Notes under the pieces: generated by a model
Database searches by the model: none
Told to the model about the DNA's origin: nothing
What the model saw: the letters and a program-made list of their open reading frames with translations, nothing else
Assembly: GCF_036365525.1 (NCBI RefSeq)
Contig: NC_090404.1
Span: 37,133,497 to 37,197,496, forward strand
DNA length: 64,000 bases
From: Heterodontus francisci
Lineage: Eukaryota
Reading direction: 5' to 3'
Shown: piece by piece, positions 1 to 13,583 of the stretch
How the letters are laid out: each line of letters begins with the position of its first letter
How positions within the stretch are numbered: position 1 is the first letter of the stretch
Translations under genes and position numbers: made by a program

Positions 1-570
1 TCTCAGCCTTCTTCGCTCCAGGGAAAACAGACCCAGCCTATCTAATTTCTCTTTATAACTCAAGCCCTCCAAACCAGGCAACATCCTTGAGAATCTTTTT
101 TGCACCTTCTCCAGCTTAATCACATCTTTTCTGTACTCCTTTGACATTGATGTTATGACTTTTGATTACTGAACCTCTTGATGGTGAAAGGAGTTTTTCA
201 CTACGTGCTCGATCAAAACCTTCATAATTTTGGATACCTATATGACATCTCCCCTTAATCTTCTCTTCTCTCGGTGAACAATCACAACTTTTACAATTTC
301 CCCACATAACTAAACTCCCTCATCCCTGGCATCATCCTGGTAAACCTCCTCTCTACTCTCTCTAAGGCCGTGACATCCTACCAACAGTGCCATGCGGAGA
401 ATTGTACTCAATACGCTAGCAGAGGCCGAACTAAATGTTTAGAAACGTGTAATATGATTGCCTTGTTCCTGATTTCAATATCTATATTAACAAAGCCAAG
501 TATCCTATTCACTTTCTTAACCACTTTGCCAACTTTCCCTGCCGCAAACAAAGATTTGTAAATGTGTATC
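1..570 (-). mobile_element. Degenerate CR1-like LINE 3' fragments
   Basis: Reverse complement matches CR1 RT C-terminal region (LGLFS/RRLRGD-type motifs) seen in other copies in the window. Confidence 0.65.
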
Positions 571-2254
571 CCGAGGTACCGAATTTGATAATAAAACTGA
601 TAAAAATTGATTAAAACACTAATTAACTAATTAATAAGTAGAGTAACTACACCAGAGGGAGGAGATTACTGTATTTAGTTAGCATTTGTATTTATTGTAG
701 AAATCTAGCACCAGGGACAATATAGTTAAGTGTATCATAATTTAGTAAGGATTTAATAAGTATTTATTTATTTATTATTAATTAACTAATTAGTTTTAGA
801 AATGTCAGTTAGAGGGGTGAAGTGCTTCACCTGTGAGATTGTGGGAAGTCCGTGACGCTTCCAGCGTTCTGGGCGACCACATCTGCAGGAAGTGCACTCA
901 GTTGCACCTCCTCACAGACCGCATGGATCGGTTGTAGCGGCAACTGGATGCAGTTAGGAGCATGCAGGTGGCGGAAAGCATCATAAACAGGAGTTTTAGA
1001 GAAGTGGTTACTCCCAAAGTGCAGGCAGATAGATGGGTGACCGCTAGAAGGGGCAGGCAGTCAGTGCAGCAATCCCCTCTGGCTATCCCCCTCTCTAACA
1101 AGTATACCGTTTTGGACACTGTTGGGGGGGATGGCCTATCAGGGGAAAACAGCAGCAGCCAGAGAAGTGGCACCACGGCTGGCACTGTTGTTCAGCAGGG
1201 AGGGACAAAGCGCAGAAGAGCAAAAGCAAAAGGGGACTCTAGAGTCCGGGGCACAGGTAGGCGCTTCTGTGGACGTGAAAGAGACTCCAGGAAGGTATGT
1301 TGCCTCCCTGGTGCCAGGGTCAAGGATGTCTCTGAACGGACAGGGGGCATTCTGAAGGGGGAGGGTGAACAGCCAGAGGTTGTGGTACACATCGGTACCA
1401 ATGACATAGGCAGGAAGAGTGATGAGGTACTGCAGGGGGAGTTTAGGGAGTTCGGTAGTAAGTTAAAAAACAGGACCTCTCGGGTTGTGATCTCTGGATT
1501 ACTCCCTGTGCCACGTGCCAGTGAGGCTAGAAATAGGACGATAGTGCAGCTAAACACGTGGCTGAGCAGCTGGTGTAGAAGGGAGGATATCTGGACCATT
1601 AGGCTCTCTTCAGGGACAGATGGGACCTGTACAAGAAGGACGGGTTGCATCTAAACTGGAAGGGCACTAATACCCTGGCTGCAAGGTTTGCTAGCGTCAC
1701 TCGGGAGGGTTTAAACTAGTGTGGCAGGGGGGTGGGAACCAGAGCAGTAGGACAGCTAGTGAAATAAATGAGAAGGACATAGTAACTAAGGCCAGTGGGA
1801 CTAAGAGGAAGAGCAGGCAGGGAGATGTTGCTGAGAACAGCGGGACTGGTGGTCTGAAGTGCATTTGTTTCAATGCAAGAAGTATAACAGGTAAGGCAAA
1901 TGAACTTAGAGCTTGGATTAGTACTTGGAAATATGATGTTGTTGCTGTTACATAGACTTGGTTGAGGAAAGGGTAGGATTGGCATCTAAATGTTCCAGGC
2001 TTTAGAAGTTTCAGGCGGGATAGAGGGGGATGTAAAAGGGGTGGGGAGTTGCATTACTGGTTAAGGAGAGTATCACAGCTGTACTGCAGGAGGACACCTC
2101 AGAGGGGTCATGCAGCGAGGCAATATGGGTGGAGCTCAGGAATAGGAAGGGTGCAGTCACGATGTTGGGGGTTTACTACAGGCCTCCCAACAACCAGCAG
2201 GAGGTAGAGGAGCAGATATGCAGACAGATGTTGCAAAGATGTAAAGGTAACAGG

Positions 2255-4653
2255 TACATTACTCTACCCCCCTCACTCACTCTAACCTGTCCCCCTCTGA
2301 ACTTGAGGCACTCCGTTCTCTCAGGTCTAACCCCGACATGGTCATCAAACCTGCAGACAAGGGTGGTGCTGTTGTTGTATGGCGTACCGACCTCTACCTT
2401 GCAGAAGCTCAACGCCAACTCACAGACACCTCTTCCTACCTCCCTCTGGACCATGACCCCACCACCGAACATCAAGCCAGCGTCCAAAGGACTGTCACTG
2501 ACCACATCTCCTCTGGAGATCTTCCCTCCACGGCTTCCGACCTCATAGTCCCACAACCCCGGACAGCCTGCTTCTACCTCCTTCCCAAAATCCACAAACG
2601 GGACTGTCCCGGCAGACCCATTGTTTCAGCCTGCTCCTGCCCCACTGAACTTATTTCTTCCGATCCAGACTCTATCTTTTCTCCGCTGGTCCAGTCTCTT
2701 CCCACCTACATCCGTGACTCTTCTGACGCCCTACGTCATTTTGACAATTTCCAGTTTCCTGGTCCCAACCGCCTCCTCTTCACTGTGGACGTCCAATCGC
2801 CCTACACCTCCATCCCCCACCAGGATGGTTGGAGGGCTCTCCGCTTCTTCCTGGAACAGAGGCCCAACCAGTCCCCATCCACCACCACCCTCCTCCACCT
2901 CGCTGAACTTGTTCTCACATTGAACAACTTCTTCTTCAACTCCACGCACTTCCTTCAAGTAAAAGGTGTCGCTATGGGTACCCGCATGGGTCCTAGTTAT
3001 GCCTGTCTTTTTGTGGGATATGTCGAGCATTCTTTGTTCCAGTCCTACTCAGGCCTCCCTCCCCCAACTCTTTTTCCGGTACATTGATGACTGTATCGGT
3101 GCCGTTTCCTGCTCCCGCACCGAACTAGAAAACGTTATCAACTTTGCTTCCAATTTCCACCCTTCTCTCACCTTTACATGGTCCATCTCTGACACTTCCC
3201 TTCCCTTCCTCGACTTCTCTGTCTCCATCTCTGGGGATAGGTTGTCTACTAATATCCATTATAAGCCCACCGACTCCCACAGCTACCTCGACTACACTTC
3301 TTCACACCCTACCTCCTGTAAGGACTCCATTCCATTCTCCCAGTTTCTCCGTCTCCGACGCATCTGCTCTGATGATGCTACCTTCCATGACATGCTTCTG
3401 ATATGACCTCCTTTTTCCTCAACCGAGGATTTCCCCCCACTGTGGTTGACAGGGCCCTCAACTGTGTCCGACCCATTCCCCGCACCTCTACCCTCACCCC
3501 TTCCCCTCCCTCCCTGAACCGTGACAGGGTTCCCCTTGTCCTCACTTTTCATCCCCCCAGCCTCCATATCCAAAGGATCATCCTCTGCCATTTTCGCCAC
3601 CTCCAGCGTGATGCCACTACCAGTCGCATCTTCCCCTCCCTTCCCCTGTCAGCATTCCGAAGGGATCGTTCCCTCCGTGACACCCTGGTCCACCCCTCCA
3701 TTACCCCCACCACCTCGTCCCCGTCCCAGGGCACCTTCCCCTGCAATCGCAGGAGGTGTAATACCTGCCCATTTACCTCCTCTCTCCTCACTATCCCAGG
3801 CCCCAAACACTCCTTTCAGGTGAAGCAGCGATTTACTTGTACTTCTTTCAATGTAGTATACTGTATTAGCTGCTCACAGTGTGGTCTCCTCTACATTGGG
3901 GAGACCAAGCGCAGACTGGGTGACCGCTTTGCGGAACATCTCTGCTCAGTCCGCAAGCAGCACCCTGAGCTTCCGGTTGCTCGCCATTTCAACACTCCCC
4001 CCTGCTCTCATGCTCACATCTCTGTCCTGGGATTGCTGCAGTGTTCCAGTGAACATCAATGCAAGCTCGAGGAACAGCATCTCATCTACCGATTAGGCAC
4101 ACTACAGCCTGCCGGACTGAACGTTAAGTTCAATAATTTCAGAGCATGACAGCCCCCCATTTTACTTTCATTTTTAGTTATTTTTTCTTCCTTTTTTTTC
4201 CATTCTTTTTACATTTTTTACAATCTTTTTTTGCATTTATTTCATTTCATCTTAGTTTGTTCAGTTTGCTTACCCACTGTTTTTTTCAGGTTTTTTGTCA
4301 GGTTTGCACTTGCTGCTGTTCAATATTCAGTTTATTCACACCTAATCTCTCCCAATGTTTTGTCTTTCAACACACCATTAACATATTGTTTGCCTGTTCC
4401 CCGTGACCTTTTGGTCAGCTATGTGGCCTGGTCCAATCTACACCTTCTCCTTTGCTATCTCTTGCCCCAGCCCCACCTCACTTGCTTATAATCTGTGACT
4501 TTTCTAATATTTGTCAGTTCCGAAGAAGGGTCACTGACCCGAAACGTTAACTCTGCTTCTCTTTCCACAGATGTTGCCAGACCTGCTGAGTGATTCCAGC
4601 ATTTCTTGTTTTTGTTTCAGATTTCCAGCATCCACAGTATTTTGCTTTTATTA
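2255..4653 (+). mobile_element. Penelope-like retroelement (RT + GIY-YIG), 5'-truncated, frameshifted
   Basis: KPADKG, LPKIHK, GRPIVS, GVAMG, FRYIDD, LPFLD motifs; Cys linker CNRRRCNTC; GIY-YIG NVVY..C..C..YIGETKR; 13-bp TSD TAAAGGTAACAGG at 2242-2254 and 4654-4666. Confidence 0.92.
4516..4552 (+). ncRNA. Putative minimal hammerhead ribozyme motif in Penelope 3' end
   Basis: AGTT-CCGAAGA-A-GGGTC act GACCC-GAAA-CG-TT-AACT; stems I and II pair; palindromic ACGT helix III. Confidence 0.55.
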
Positions 4654-7600
4654 TAAAGGTAACAGGGTTGTGGTTGTGGGTGATTTTAACTTCCCCAATA
4701 TTGACTGGGACTCACTTAGTGCTAGGGGCTTGGCTGGGGCAGAATTTGTGAGGAGCATCCAGGAGGGCTTCTTGAAACAGTATATAGACAGTCCAACTAG
4801 GGATGGGGCCATTCTGGACCTGGTATTGGGGAATGAGCCCGGCCAGGTGGTCGAAGTTTCAGTGGGGGCGTATTTCGGGAGCAGTGACCAAAATTCCATA
4901 AGTTTTAAGGTACTTGTGGATAAGGATAAGAGTAGTCCTCGGGTGAAGGTGCTAAATTGGGGGAAGGCTAATTATAACAATATTCGTCAGGAACTGAAGA
5001 ATTTCGATTGGGAGCGGCTGTTTGAGGCTAAATCAACATCTGACATGTGGGAGTCTTTCAAACATCAGCTGATTAGAATCCAGGACCAGCATGTTCCTGT
5101 GAGGAAGAAAGACAAGTTTGGCAAGTTTCGGGAAGCTTGGATAACACGGGATATTGTGAGCCTCGTCAAAAAGAAAAAGGAAGCATTTGTAACGGCTGGA
5201 AGGCTAGGAACAGATGAAGCACTTGAGGAATATAAAGAAAGTGGAAAGAAACGTAAGCAAGGAGTTAGGAGGGCTAAAAAGGGTCATGAAAAGTCATTGG
5301 CAAACAGGATTAAGGAAAATCCCAAGGCTTTTTACACATATATAAAGAGCAAGAGGGTAACCCACTCAAGGACAGAGATGGGAATCTATGTGTGGAGCCA
5401 GAGGAAATGGGCGAGGTGCTAAATGAGCACTTTGCATCAGTATTCACCAAAGAGAAGGACTTGGTGGATGATGAGCCCAGGGAAGGGAGTGCAGAGAGTC
5501 TCAGTCATATCATTATCAAAAAGGAGGAGGTGTTGGGTCTTGCAAAGCATTAAGGTAGATAAATCCCCAGGGCCTGATGGGATCTACCCTAGAATACTGA
5601 GGGAGGCAAGGGAAGAAATTGCTGGGGCCTTGACAGAAATCTTTGCATCCTCATTGGCTACAGGTGAGGTCCCAGAGGAATGCAGAATCGCCAATGTTGT
5701 TCCTTTGTTTAAAAAGGGTGGTAAGGATAATCCAGGAAATTATAGGCCGGTGAGCCTTACGTCAGTGGTAGGGAAACTATTAGAGAGGATTATTCGGGAC
5801 AGGATTTACTCCCATTTGGAAACAAACGAAATTATTCGCGAGAAACAGCATGGTTTTGTGAAGGGGAGATCGTGTCTTACTAATTTGATTGATTTTTTTG
5901 AGGAAGTGACGAAGATGATTGATGAAGGAAGGGCAGTGGATGTCATCTATGTGGACTTTAGTAAAGCCTTTGACAAGGTCCCACATGGCAGACTGGTACA
6001 AAAGGTGAAGTCACACGGGATCAGAGATGAGCTGAAAAGATGGAAACAGAACTGGCTCGTTCATAGACGACAGAGGGTATCACTGGATGGGTGTTTTTCT
6101 GAATGGAGGGATGTGACTAGTGGTGTTCCGTCGGGATCAGTGCTGGGACCTTTGCTGTTTGTAGTATATATAAATGATTTGGAGGAAAATGTTGCTGGTC
6201 TGATTAGTAAGTTTGCGAATGACACAAAGGTTGGTGGAGTTGTGGATAATGATGAGGATTGTCAGAGGATACAGCAGGATATAGATGGGTTGGCGACTTG
6301 GGCGGAGAAATGGCAGATGGTGTTTAATCCGGACAAATGTGAGGTAATGCATTTTGGAAGGTCTAATGCAGGTGGGAGGTATACAGTAAATGGCAGAACC
6401 CTTAGGAGTATTGACAGGCAGAGAGATCTGGGCGTACAGGTCCACAGGTCACTGAAAGTGGCAACGCAGGTGGATAAGGTAGTCAAGAAGGCATACGGCA
6501 TGCTTGCCTTCATCGGTCGGGGCATAGAGTACAAAAATTGGCAAGTCATGTTGCAGCTGTACAGAACCTTAGTTAGGCCACACTTAGAATATTGTGTGCA
6601 ATGCTGGTCGCCACACTACCAGAAGAATGTGGAAGCTTTGGAGAGGGTACAGAGGAGGTTTACCAGGATGTTGCCTGGTCTGGAGGGCATTAGCTATGAG
6701 GAGAGGTTGGAAAAACTCGGATTGTTTTCACTGGAACGACGGAGGTGGATTGGCGACATCATGGAGGTTTACAAAGTTAAGAGCGGCATGGACAGAGTGG
6801 ATAGTCAGAAGCTTTTTCCCAGGGTGGAAGTGTCAGTTACTAGGGGACATAGGTTTAAGGTGAGAGGGGCAGAGTTTAGACGGGATGTGCGAGGCACGTT
6901 CTTTACACAGAGGGTGGTGAGTGCCTGGAACTTGCTGCCAGGGGAGGTGGTGGAAACAGATACTATAGCGATGTTTAAGAGACATCTTGACAAATATATG
7001 AATAGGAAGGGAATAGAGGGATATGGGCCCTGGAAGTGCAGAAGGTTTTAGTTTCGGCAGGCATCAAGATCAGCGCAGGCTTGCAGGGCCGAATGGCCTG
7101 TTCCTGTGCTGAACTGTTCTTTGTTCTTTGTGCATCTGATCCTGCACCCCTCTCAAAGTAGCAAAATTTATATTCTACTGCCTCTCCATGTGGCTACTCC
7201 GAAACTGTAGAACTTCACATTTATCTGCATTAAACTGCATCTCCCATGCGCCTGCTCCTTTCACCAATCTGTCTAGGCGCTACTCAAGTCTGCTGCCACC
7301 ATGCTCACTATTTACTACGTTGTCAAGTTTCGCATAGTCGGCAAGTTTCCAAATTGGACTCCCAATACTCAAGTCTCGGTCTCTTATATATCACAATGTT
7401 ACTCTAATCAATCTTCTTATTGTTCAATTGAGTCATGGAAGTCAGTCAATGATTCAATTGCTTTTAAAAAAAATGTCAGCATGAAAGCAATTTCCAAGCA
7501 GAGTGTTGTTAACAGGTAGGATGCACTTGAATGTGAGCTTGCATTGCTTTTGTCTGTCATCCAAAGGAAAAGTGGCTATTGAATTCATTATGCTTATCAA

Positions 7601-8149
7601 ACTGCACCTGTTCCTTATACAGTAATCTCTTGTCTAATTTTGAGTAACTTCAGTCCATTATTAACCTTCAGCACACATCCATATTTTTTTCCAAGGGACC
7701 TAGAAAATGTTTTTTTTATACATTGTTAGAGAATCGTTTCGGTTTTAGTGTCCTTGCTTTGTTTTGGCTCGTACCTAACTTAGGACTTATGAGCTATCAA
7801 CAAACAAGAAAAACAATTGTCATAATAGCAATCCTGAAAGCCACACTGCATACATTTCTTCAGTCAAAAATGTGGGCGTTTCAAAAAACAGGATAAATAT
7901 TGCAACTGAAAATAAGGGTAGTGCATACCTGTTGAATAATTGCTTTTTACAGCCTCACAGAACAGGAAAGGGATAATATAACTGACATTCCAGGGACATT
8001 AATAATAAATAAGGGAATGGGACTCATGAAATTTAAGGTAAGTAAGTTTAGAGTGTTTCCCCAAAAAAGTGTTGAAGACTGAAAAATCCCCAAGGACCGA
8101 ATGGTTTTTAATCCCATGGTTTTAATTAGAAACAGGTGAAGATATTATA

Positions 8150-9570
8150 GATGCTTCAACGATAACCTTCCAAAACTCTCTTGATTGAGGAATTGTTCAT
8201 TTAAATTGGAAAATTGCAAATAATGTCCATTATTTTTGAAAGGTGAGAGAAAGAGACCTATTGTGGGAAGGTATTAGCATCTATAATTTCGGAGAGTGAT
8301 TGCGGTCATAGAGAAATTTGAGCTGATTAGAAAAAAGCCTGTGAAAGGTAGGCGATATATAACGAACCTAATTATAATAACTAAAGTATTAACAGGGGAA
8401 CAGCTATGGATGTAGTTACTATCAACTTCCATAAGACATTTGATAAGCTTCCACATAAGAGACTGTTGGATACAAAATAATGCACAGGGAATGGAAGGTG
8501 ACGTGGTTAGGAGGTTAGTTAGGAGGTGGAGCATAGAAAGTAGGGACACTGGGTATCACCTCTCATTGGAAATAACTGACAATGAGATCCCACAAGTCTC
8601 TGTCTGGGGCCTCAACTGTTCACTATATTTGTTCATGATGTGGATAAAACAAGTGAGAGTCATATATGGAAGTTATCCGATGACACCAAGTTTGGTGATA
8701 TAGTACGTGGTGCAGACAGGAGCATACAGTTACATATAGACATTGATAGGTTCAGTGAGAGAGTGAAACTGTGGCAGATGGGGTTCAACACAGGCACCTG
8801 GGAATTCAATCATTTCCAACCAAAGACGGATAGATTTGAGTACTATTTATCTCGGAATATTGCAGGTCTATTGAGTTTTAAAGGTTTGTGTGCACAGTCC
8901 ACTAACATATAGTAGTCACGTACAAAAATAATCATAAAAGCTAATGGGATGATATATATTTTAACTTGAGGGCTAGAAAATAAAGGATAGGACTTTTTGT
9001 TACAGCGTGATAAATCCCTGTTTACAATACATCTGGAATACTGCGTATAGATGTTGGCACCACAACTGAGAAAGAATATACTGACCTTTGAAGATGTAAA
9101 GCACAAATTCACAAGAACGTTTACCAACGCTCCAAGGATTAGATTATATGAAGAGATTAAATAAATCCGGTGTTTAATCTCTTGAATATAAAAGTTTACG
9201 TGGCGATTTTATTGGTATTTTGAAAGGAAGTGGTAGGGTTGTATAGAAGAAAACTATTTCCATCAGAAGGAGCGTCTCCGACACGGGACAGGATCTTAAA
9301 ATTCAGAGACAGGTCATTCAGAAGAGAGGTGAGAAAACACTTCACACAAAGCGTGTTAGAAGTGTAGAATTCTCTCCCACAAAAAAAGATGCTCACTCAA
9401 TTAATAATTTGAGATCTGAAATCGGTAGATATATTCATTTATGCAAAACGTTGCAAAACAAATTCAGCCAAAGTGAATGGATGGAATTAAGATGCAAATC
9501 ATCCATGATCTCAGTAAATAGCAGCACAGGCTCGATGGGCTGAATAGTTTACTTCTGCTCCTATGTCCTT
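8150..9570 (+). mobile_element. Old degenerate CR1 LINE
   Basis: Residual RT motifs (FDKLPH, SDDTKFG, VKLWQMGFN, HLEYC) with many stops. Confidence 0.75.
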
Positions 9571-9589
9571 ATGCAACAATCCAGGCCAA

Positions 9590-9960
9590 AATTAACCCCA
9601 CAGCCCTCTATCAATCCTATACTAATCGCACTGACTTGTTCTCTACGTTGTCCTGTATCAATCCAAAACTAAATATATTCACACGCTCTGCCCCCTCCTG
9701 TAGCTACGTATTAATAATAAACGAGTCCCACTGTCACACCTTTACCCCATAGTTTGATATCAATCTCATACTAATTTCACAGCACAGCGCTCTCCGCATG
9801 GCTCTACATCAATTGTATACTAATCCCACTGACCTGCTCTCGTCAAGTATTTCTGAATAAATCCAAACTAAACCTACATCATCTCTATCACTCCCCGTAG
9901 TCCATTATTAATCATAAAACCCCAGTGCCTCATTCGCTCCCCATAGATTGGCATCAATTG
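9590..9960. repeat. Degenerate ~47-50 bp tandem repeat with ~197-bp higher-order duplication
   Basis: Recurring atcaatcctatactaatcccactg / ccccatag motifs. Confidence 0.6.
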
Positions 9961-9964
9961 CAAA

Positions 9965-12900
9965 AAAGTATACCATTTTAGATACTGTTGGGGGGAACGA
10001 CCAACCAGGGGAAAGCCACAGCGGCCAGGTCTCTGGCACTGAGCCTGGCTCTGTGGCTCAGAAGGGAAGGGGGAGAATAGGAGAGCTATCGTGATAGGAG
10101 ATTCAATGGTTAGAGGAACAGACAGGAGATTCTGTGGTCACGAATGAGACTCCCGGATGGTATGTTGCCTCCCGGGTGCCAGGGTCAGGGATGTCTCGGA
10201 TCGAGTCTACAGGATTCTTAAGGGGAAGGGGGAGCAGCCAGAAGTCATGGTACACATCGGTACCAATGACATAGCTAGGAAAAGGGATGAGGACCTGAAA
10301 AGCGAATATAGGGAGTTCGGTTGGAAGCTGAAAAGCAGGACGGGCAGAGTAGGAATCTCAGGATTGATACCGGTACCACGTGCTAGTGAGGCTAGAAACG
10401 GAGAGCGAGTGCAGCTGAACACGTGGCTACAGAGCTGGTGCAGGAGGGAGGGCTTCAGCTATGTGGATCATTGGGATACCTTCTGGGGAAGGTGGGACCT
10501 GTACAAGAAGAACGGGTTGCATCTGAACTGGAGGGGCAACAATATCCTGGGTGGGAGGTTTGCTAGAGCTCTTCGGGAGGGTTTAAACTAGTTTGGCAGG
10601 GGGATGGGAAATGGAGCTACGGAACAGTGGATGGGGTAACTGTTGAACAGGCAGATACAGAGTGCAGAGAGTCTGTGAGGAAGATTTGACAGTTGACAGG
10701 GCAAAGCTGCAACCAGTATGATGGGTTGAAGTGTGTCTATTTTAACGCAAGAAGTGTCAGAAATAAGGGTGATGAACTTAGAGCATGGATCAGTACTTGG
10801 AGCTACGATGTTGTGGCCATTGCGGAGACTTGGATATCACAGGGGCAGGAATGGATGTTGGATGTTCCGGGGATTTAGATGTTTCAAAGGGAATAGGGAG
10901 GGAGGTAAAAGAGGTGGGGGAGTGGCATTGCTAATCAGGGATAGTATCACAGCTGCAGAAAGGGAGGTTGTCGAGGAGGGTTTGTCTACTGAGTCAGTAT
11001 GGGTGGAAGTCAGAAAAGGAAAGGAGCAGTCACTTTATTAGGAGTTTTCTATAGACCCCCCAATAGCAGCAGAGACACGGAGGAACAGATTTGGAGGCAA
11101 ATTTTGGAAAGGTGCAGAAGTAACAGGGTTGTTGTCATGGGTGACTTCAACTTCCCTAATATTGATTGGAACCTCTTTCGTGCAAATAGTTTGGATGGAG
11201 CAGATTTTGTCAGGTGTGTCCAGGAAGGTTTCCTGACTCAATATGTAGATAGGTCAACTAGAGGGGAGGCTATGTTGGATTTGGTGCTTGGCAACGAACC
11301 AGGCCAGGTGGCAGATCTCTCAGTGGGAGAGCATTTCGGTGATAGTGATCACAACTCCCTGACCTTTACTATAGTCATGGAGAGGGACAGGAGCAGACGG
11401 GATGGGAAAATATTTAATTGGGAGAGAGGGAATTACAATGCTATTAGGCAGGAACTGGGGAGCTTAAGTTGGGAACAGATGTTTTCAGGGAAATGCACGA
11501 CAGAAATGTGGAGGTTGTTTGGGAGCACTTGCTGCGACGAATGGACAGGTTTGTCCCGGTGAGGCAATGAAGGGATGGTAGGGTGAAGGAACCTTGGATG
11601 ACAAGAGATGTGGAACAGCTGGTCAAGAGGAAGAAGAAAGCTTACTTAAGGTTGAGGAAGCAAGGATCAGACAGGGCTCTAGAGGGTTACAAGGTAGCCA
11701 GGAAGGAACTGAAGAATGGACTTAGGAGAGCTAGAAGGGGACATGAAAAAGTCTTGGTGGGTAGGATTAAGGAAATTCCCAAGGCGTTCTACACTTATGT
11801 GAGGAACAAGCGGATGGCCAGTGCGAGGGTAGGGCCGATCAGGGATAGTGGAGGAAATTGTGCCTGGAGTCGGAGGAGGTAGGGGAAGTCCTTAATGAAT
11901 ACTTTGCTTCAGTAACCACTAGTGAGAGGGACCTGGTCGTTTGTGAGGACAGCGTGAAACAGACTGATATGCTAGAACAGGTTAATGTTAAGAAGGAGGA
12001 TGTGCTGGAAATTTTGAAAGACATGAGGATAGATAAGTCCGCGGGGCCAGACGGGATATACCCAAGGTTGTAACGAGAAGTGAGGTAAGAGATTGCCGCG
12101 CCTTTGGCGATGATCTTTGCGACCTCACTGTCCACATGAGTAGTACCAGGTGATTGGAGGGTGGCAAATGTTATTCCCTTGTTCAAGTAAGGAATAGGGA
12201 TAACCCTGGGAATTACAGACCAGTCAGTCTTACGTCGGTGGTGGGCAAATTATTGGAGAGGATTCTGAGAGACAGGATTTATGATTATTTGGAAAAGCAT
12301 AGTTTGATTAGAGCCAGTCAGCATGGCTTTGTGAGGGGCAGGTCATGCCTCAAAAGCCTTATTGAATTCTTTGAGGATGTGACAAAACACATTGATGAAA
12401 TAAGAGCAGTGGATGTGGTGTATATGGATTTTAGCAAGGCGTTTGATAAGGTTCCCCATGATAGGCTCATTCAGAAAGTCAGGAGGCATGGGATACAGGG
12501 AAATTTGGCTGTCTGGATACAGAATTGGCTGGCCCATAGAAGACAGAGGGTGGTAGTCGATGGAAGGTATTCAGCCTGGAGCTCGGTGACCAGTGGTGCT
12601 CCGCAGGGATCTGTTCTGGGACCTCTGCTCTTTGTGATTTTTATAAATGACTTGGATGAGGAAGTGGAAGGCAGGGTTAGTAAGTTTGCCGATGACATGA
12701 AGGTTGCTGGAGTTGTGGATAGTGTGGAAGGCTGTTGTACGTTGCAACGGGACATTGACAGGATGCAGAGCTGAGCTGAGAAGTGGCAGATGGAGTTCAA
12801 CCTGTAAAAATGTGAAGTGATTCATTTTGGAAGGTCGAATTTAAATGCAGAATACAGGCTTAAAGACAGGATTCTTGGCAGTGTGGAGGAACAGAGGGAT

Positions 12901-13583
12901 CTTGGGGTCCACGTCCATAGATCCCTCAAAGTTGCCACCCAAGTTGATAGGGTTGTTGAGAAGGCGTATGGGGTGTTGGCTTTCATTAACAGGGGGATTG
13001 AGTTTCAGAGCCGTGAGGTTCTGCTGCACCTCTATAAAGCCCTGGTTAGACCACACTTGGAATATTGTGTTCAGTTCTGGTCGCCTCATTATAGGAAGGA
13101 TGTGGAAGCTTTGGAGAGGGTGCAGAGGAGATTTACCAGGATGCTGCCTGGACTGGAGGGCATGTCTTATGAAGAAAGGTTGCGGGAGCTAGGGCTTTTC
13201 TCATTGGAGCGAAGAAGGATGAGAGGTGACTTGATAGAGGGGTACAAGATGATGAGACATAGATAGAGTGGATAGCCAGAGACCTTTTCCCAGGGCGGAA
13301 AGGGCTATCACCAGGGGGCATAATTTTAAGGTGATCGGAGGAAGATTTAGGGGAGATGTCAGAGGTAGGCTCTTTATACAGAAAGTGGTGAGTGTGTGGA
13401 ATGCACTGCCAGCGGTGGTAGTAGAAGCAGATACATTAGGGATATTTAAGCGACTCTTGGATAGGTACAGGGATGATAGTAGAATGAAGGGTATGTAGGT
13501 TGCTTGATCTTAGAGTAGGTTAAAGGGTCGGCACAACATCATGGGCCGAAGGGCCTGTTCTGTGCTGTACTGTTCTATGTTCT
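9965..13583 (+). mobile_element. CR1 LINE, truncated within ORF1, multiple stops and frameshifts
   Basis: Esterase ORF1, APE and RT motifs ([18 protein letters not shown]); tail TGTTCTATGTTCTA. Confidence 0.92.

Larger units (their letters stand above)
580..7130 (+). mobile_element. Near full-length young CR1 LINE (inactive), interrupted by a Penelope-like element at 2255-4653
   Basis: ORF1 from ~802 with CxxC..CxxC and SGNH-esterase motifs (LPGARV, VHIGTNDI); ORF2 endonuclease (GDFNFP) and RT ([23 protein letters not shown] for FADD); frameshifts; (TTCTTTG)n tail. Confidence 0.92.

Noticed and set aside
5423-7051. Active RT or host gene from the 542-aa ORF
   Set aside because: CR1 ORF2 fragment with FAND in place of FADD, upstream frameshifts and a nested insertion
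9492-9499. Additional ATGCAAAT octamers here and near 52925
   Set aside because: Inside decayed CR1 sequence; expected by chance
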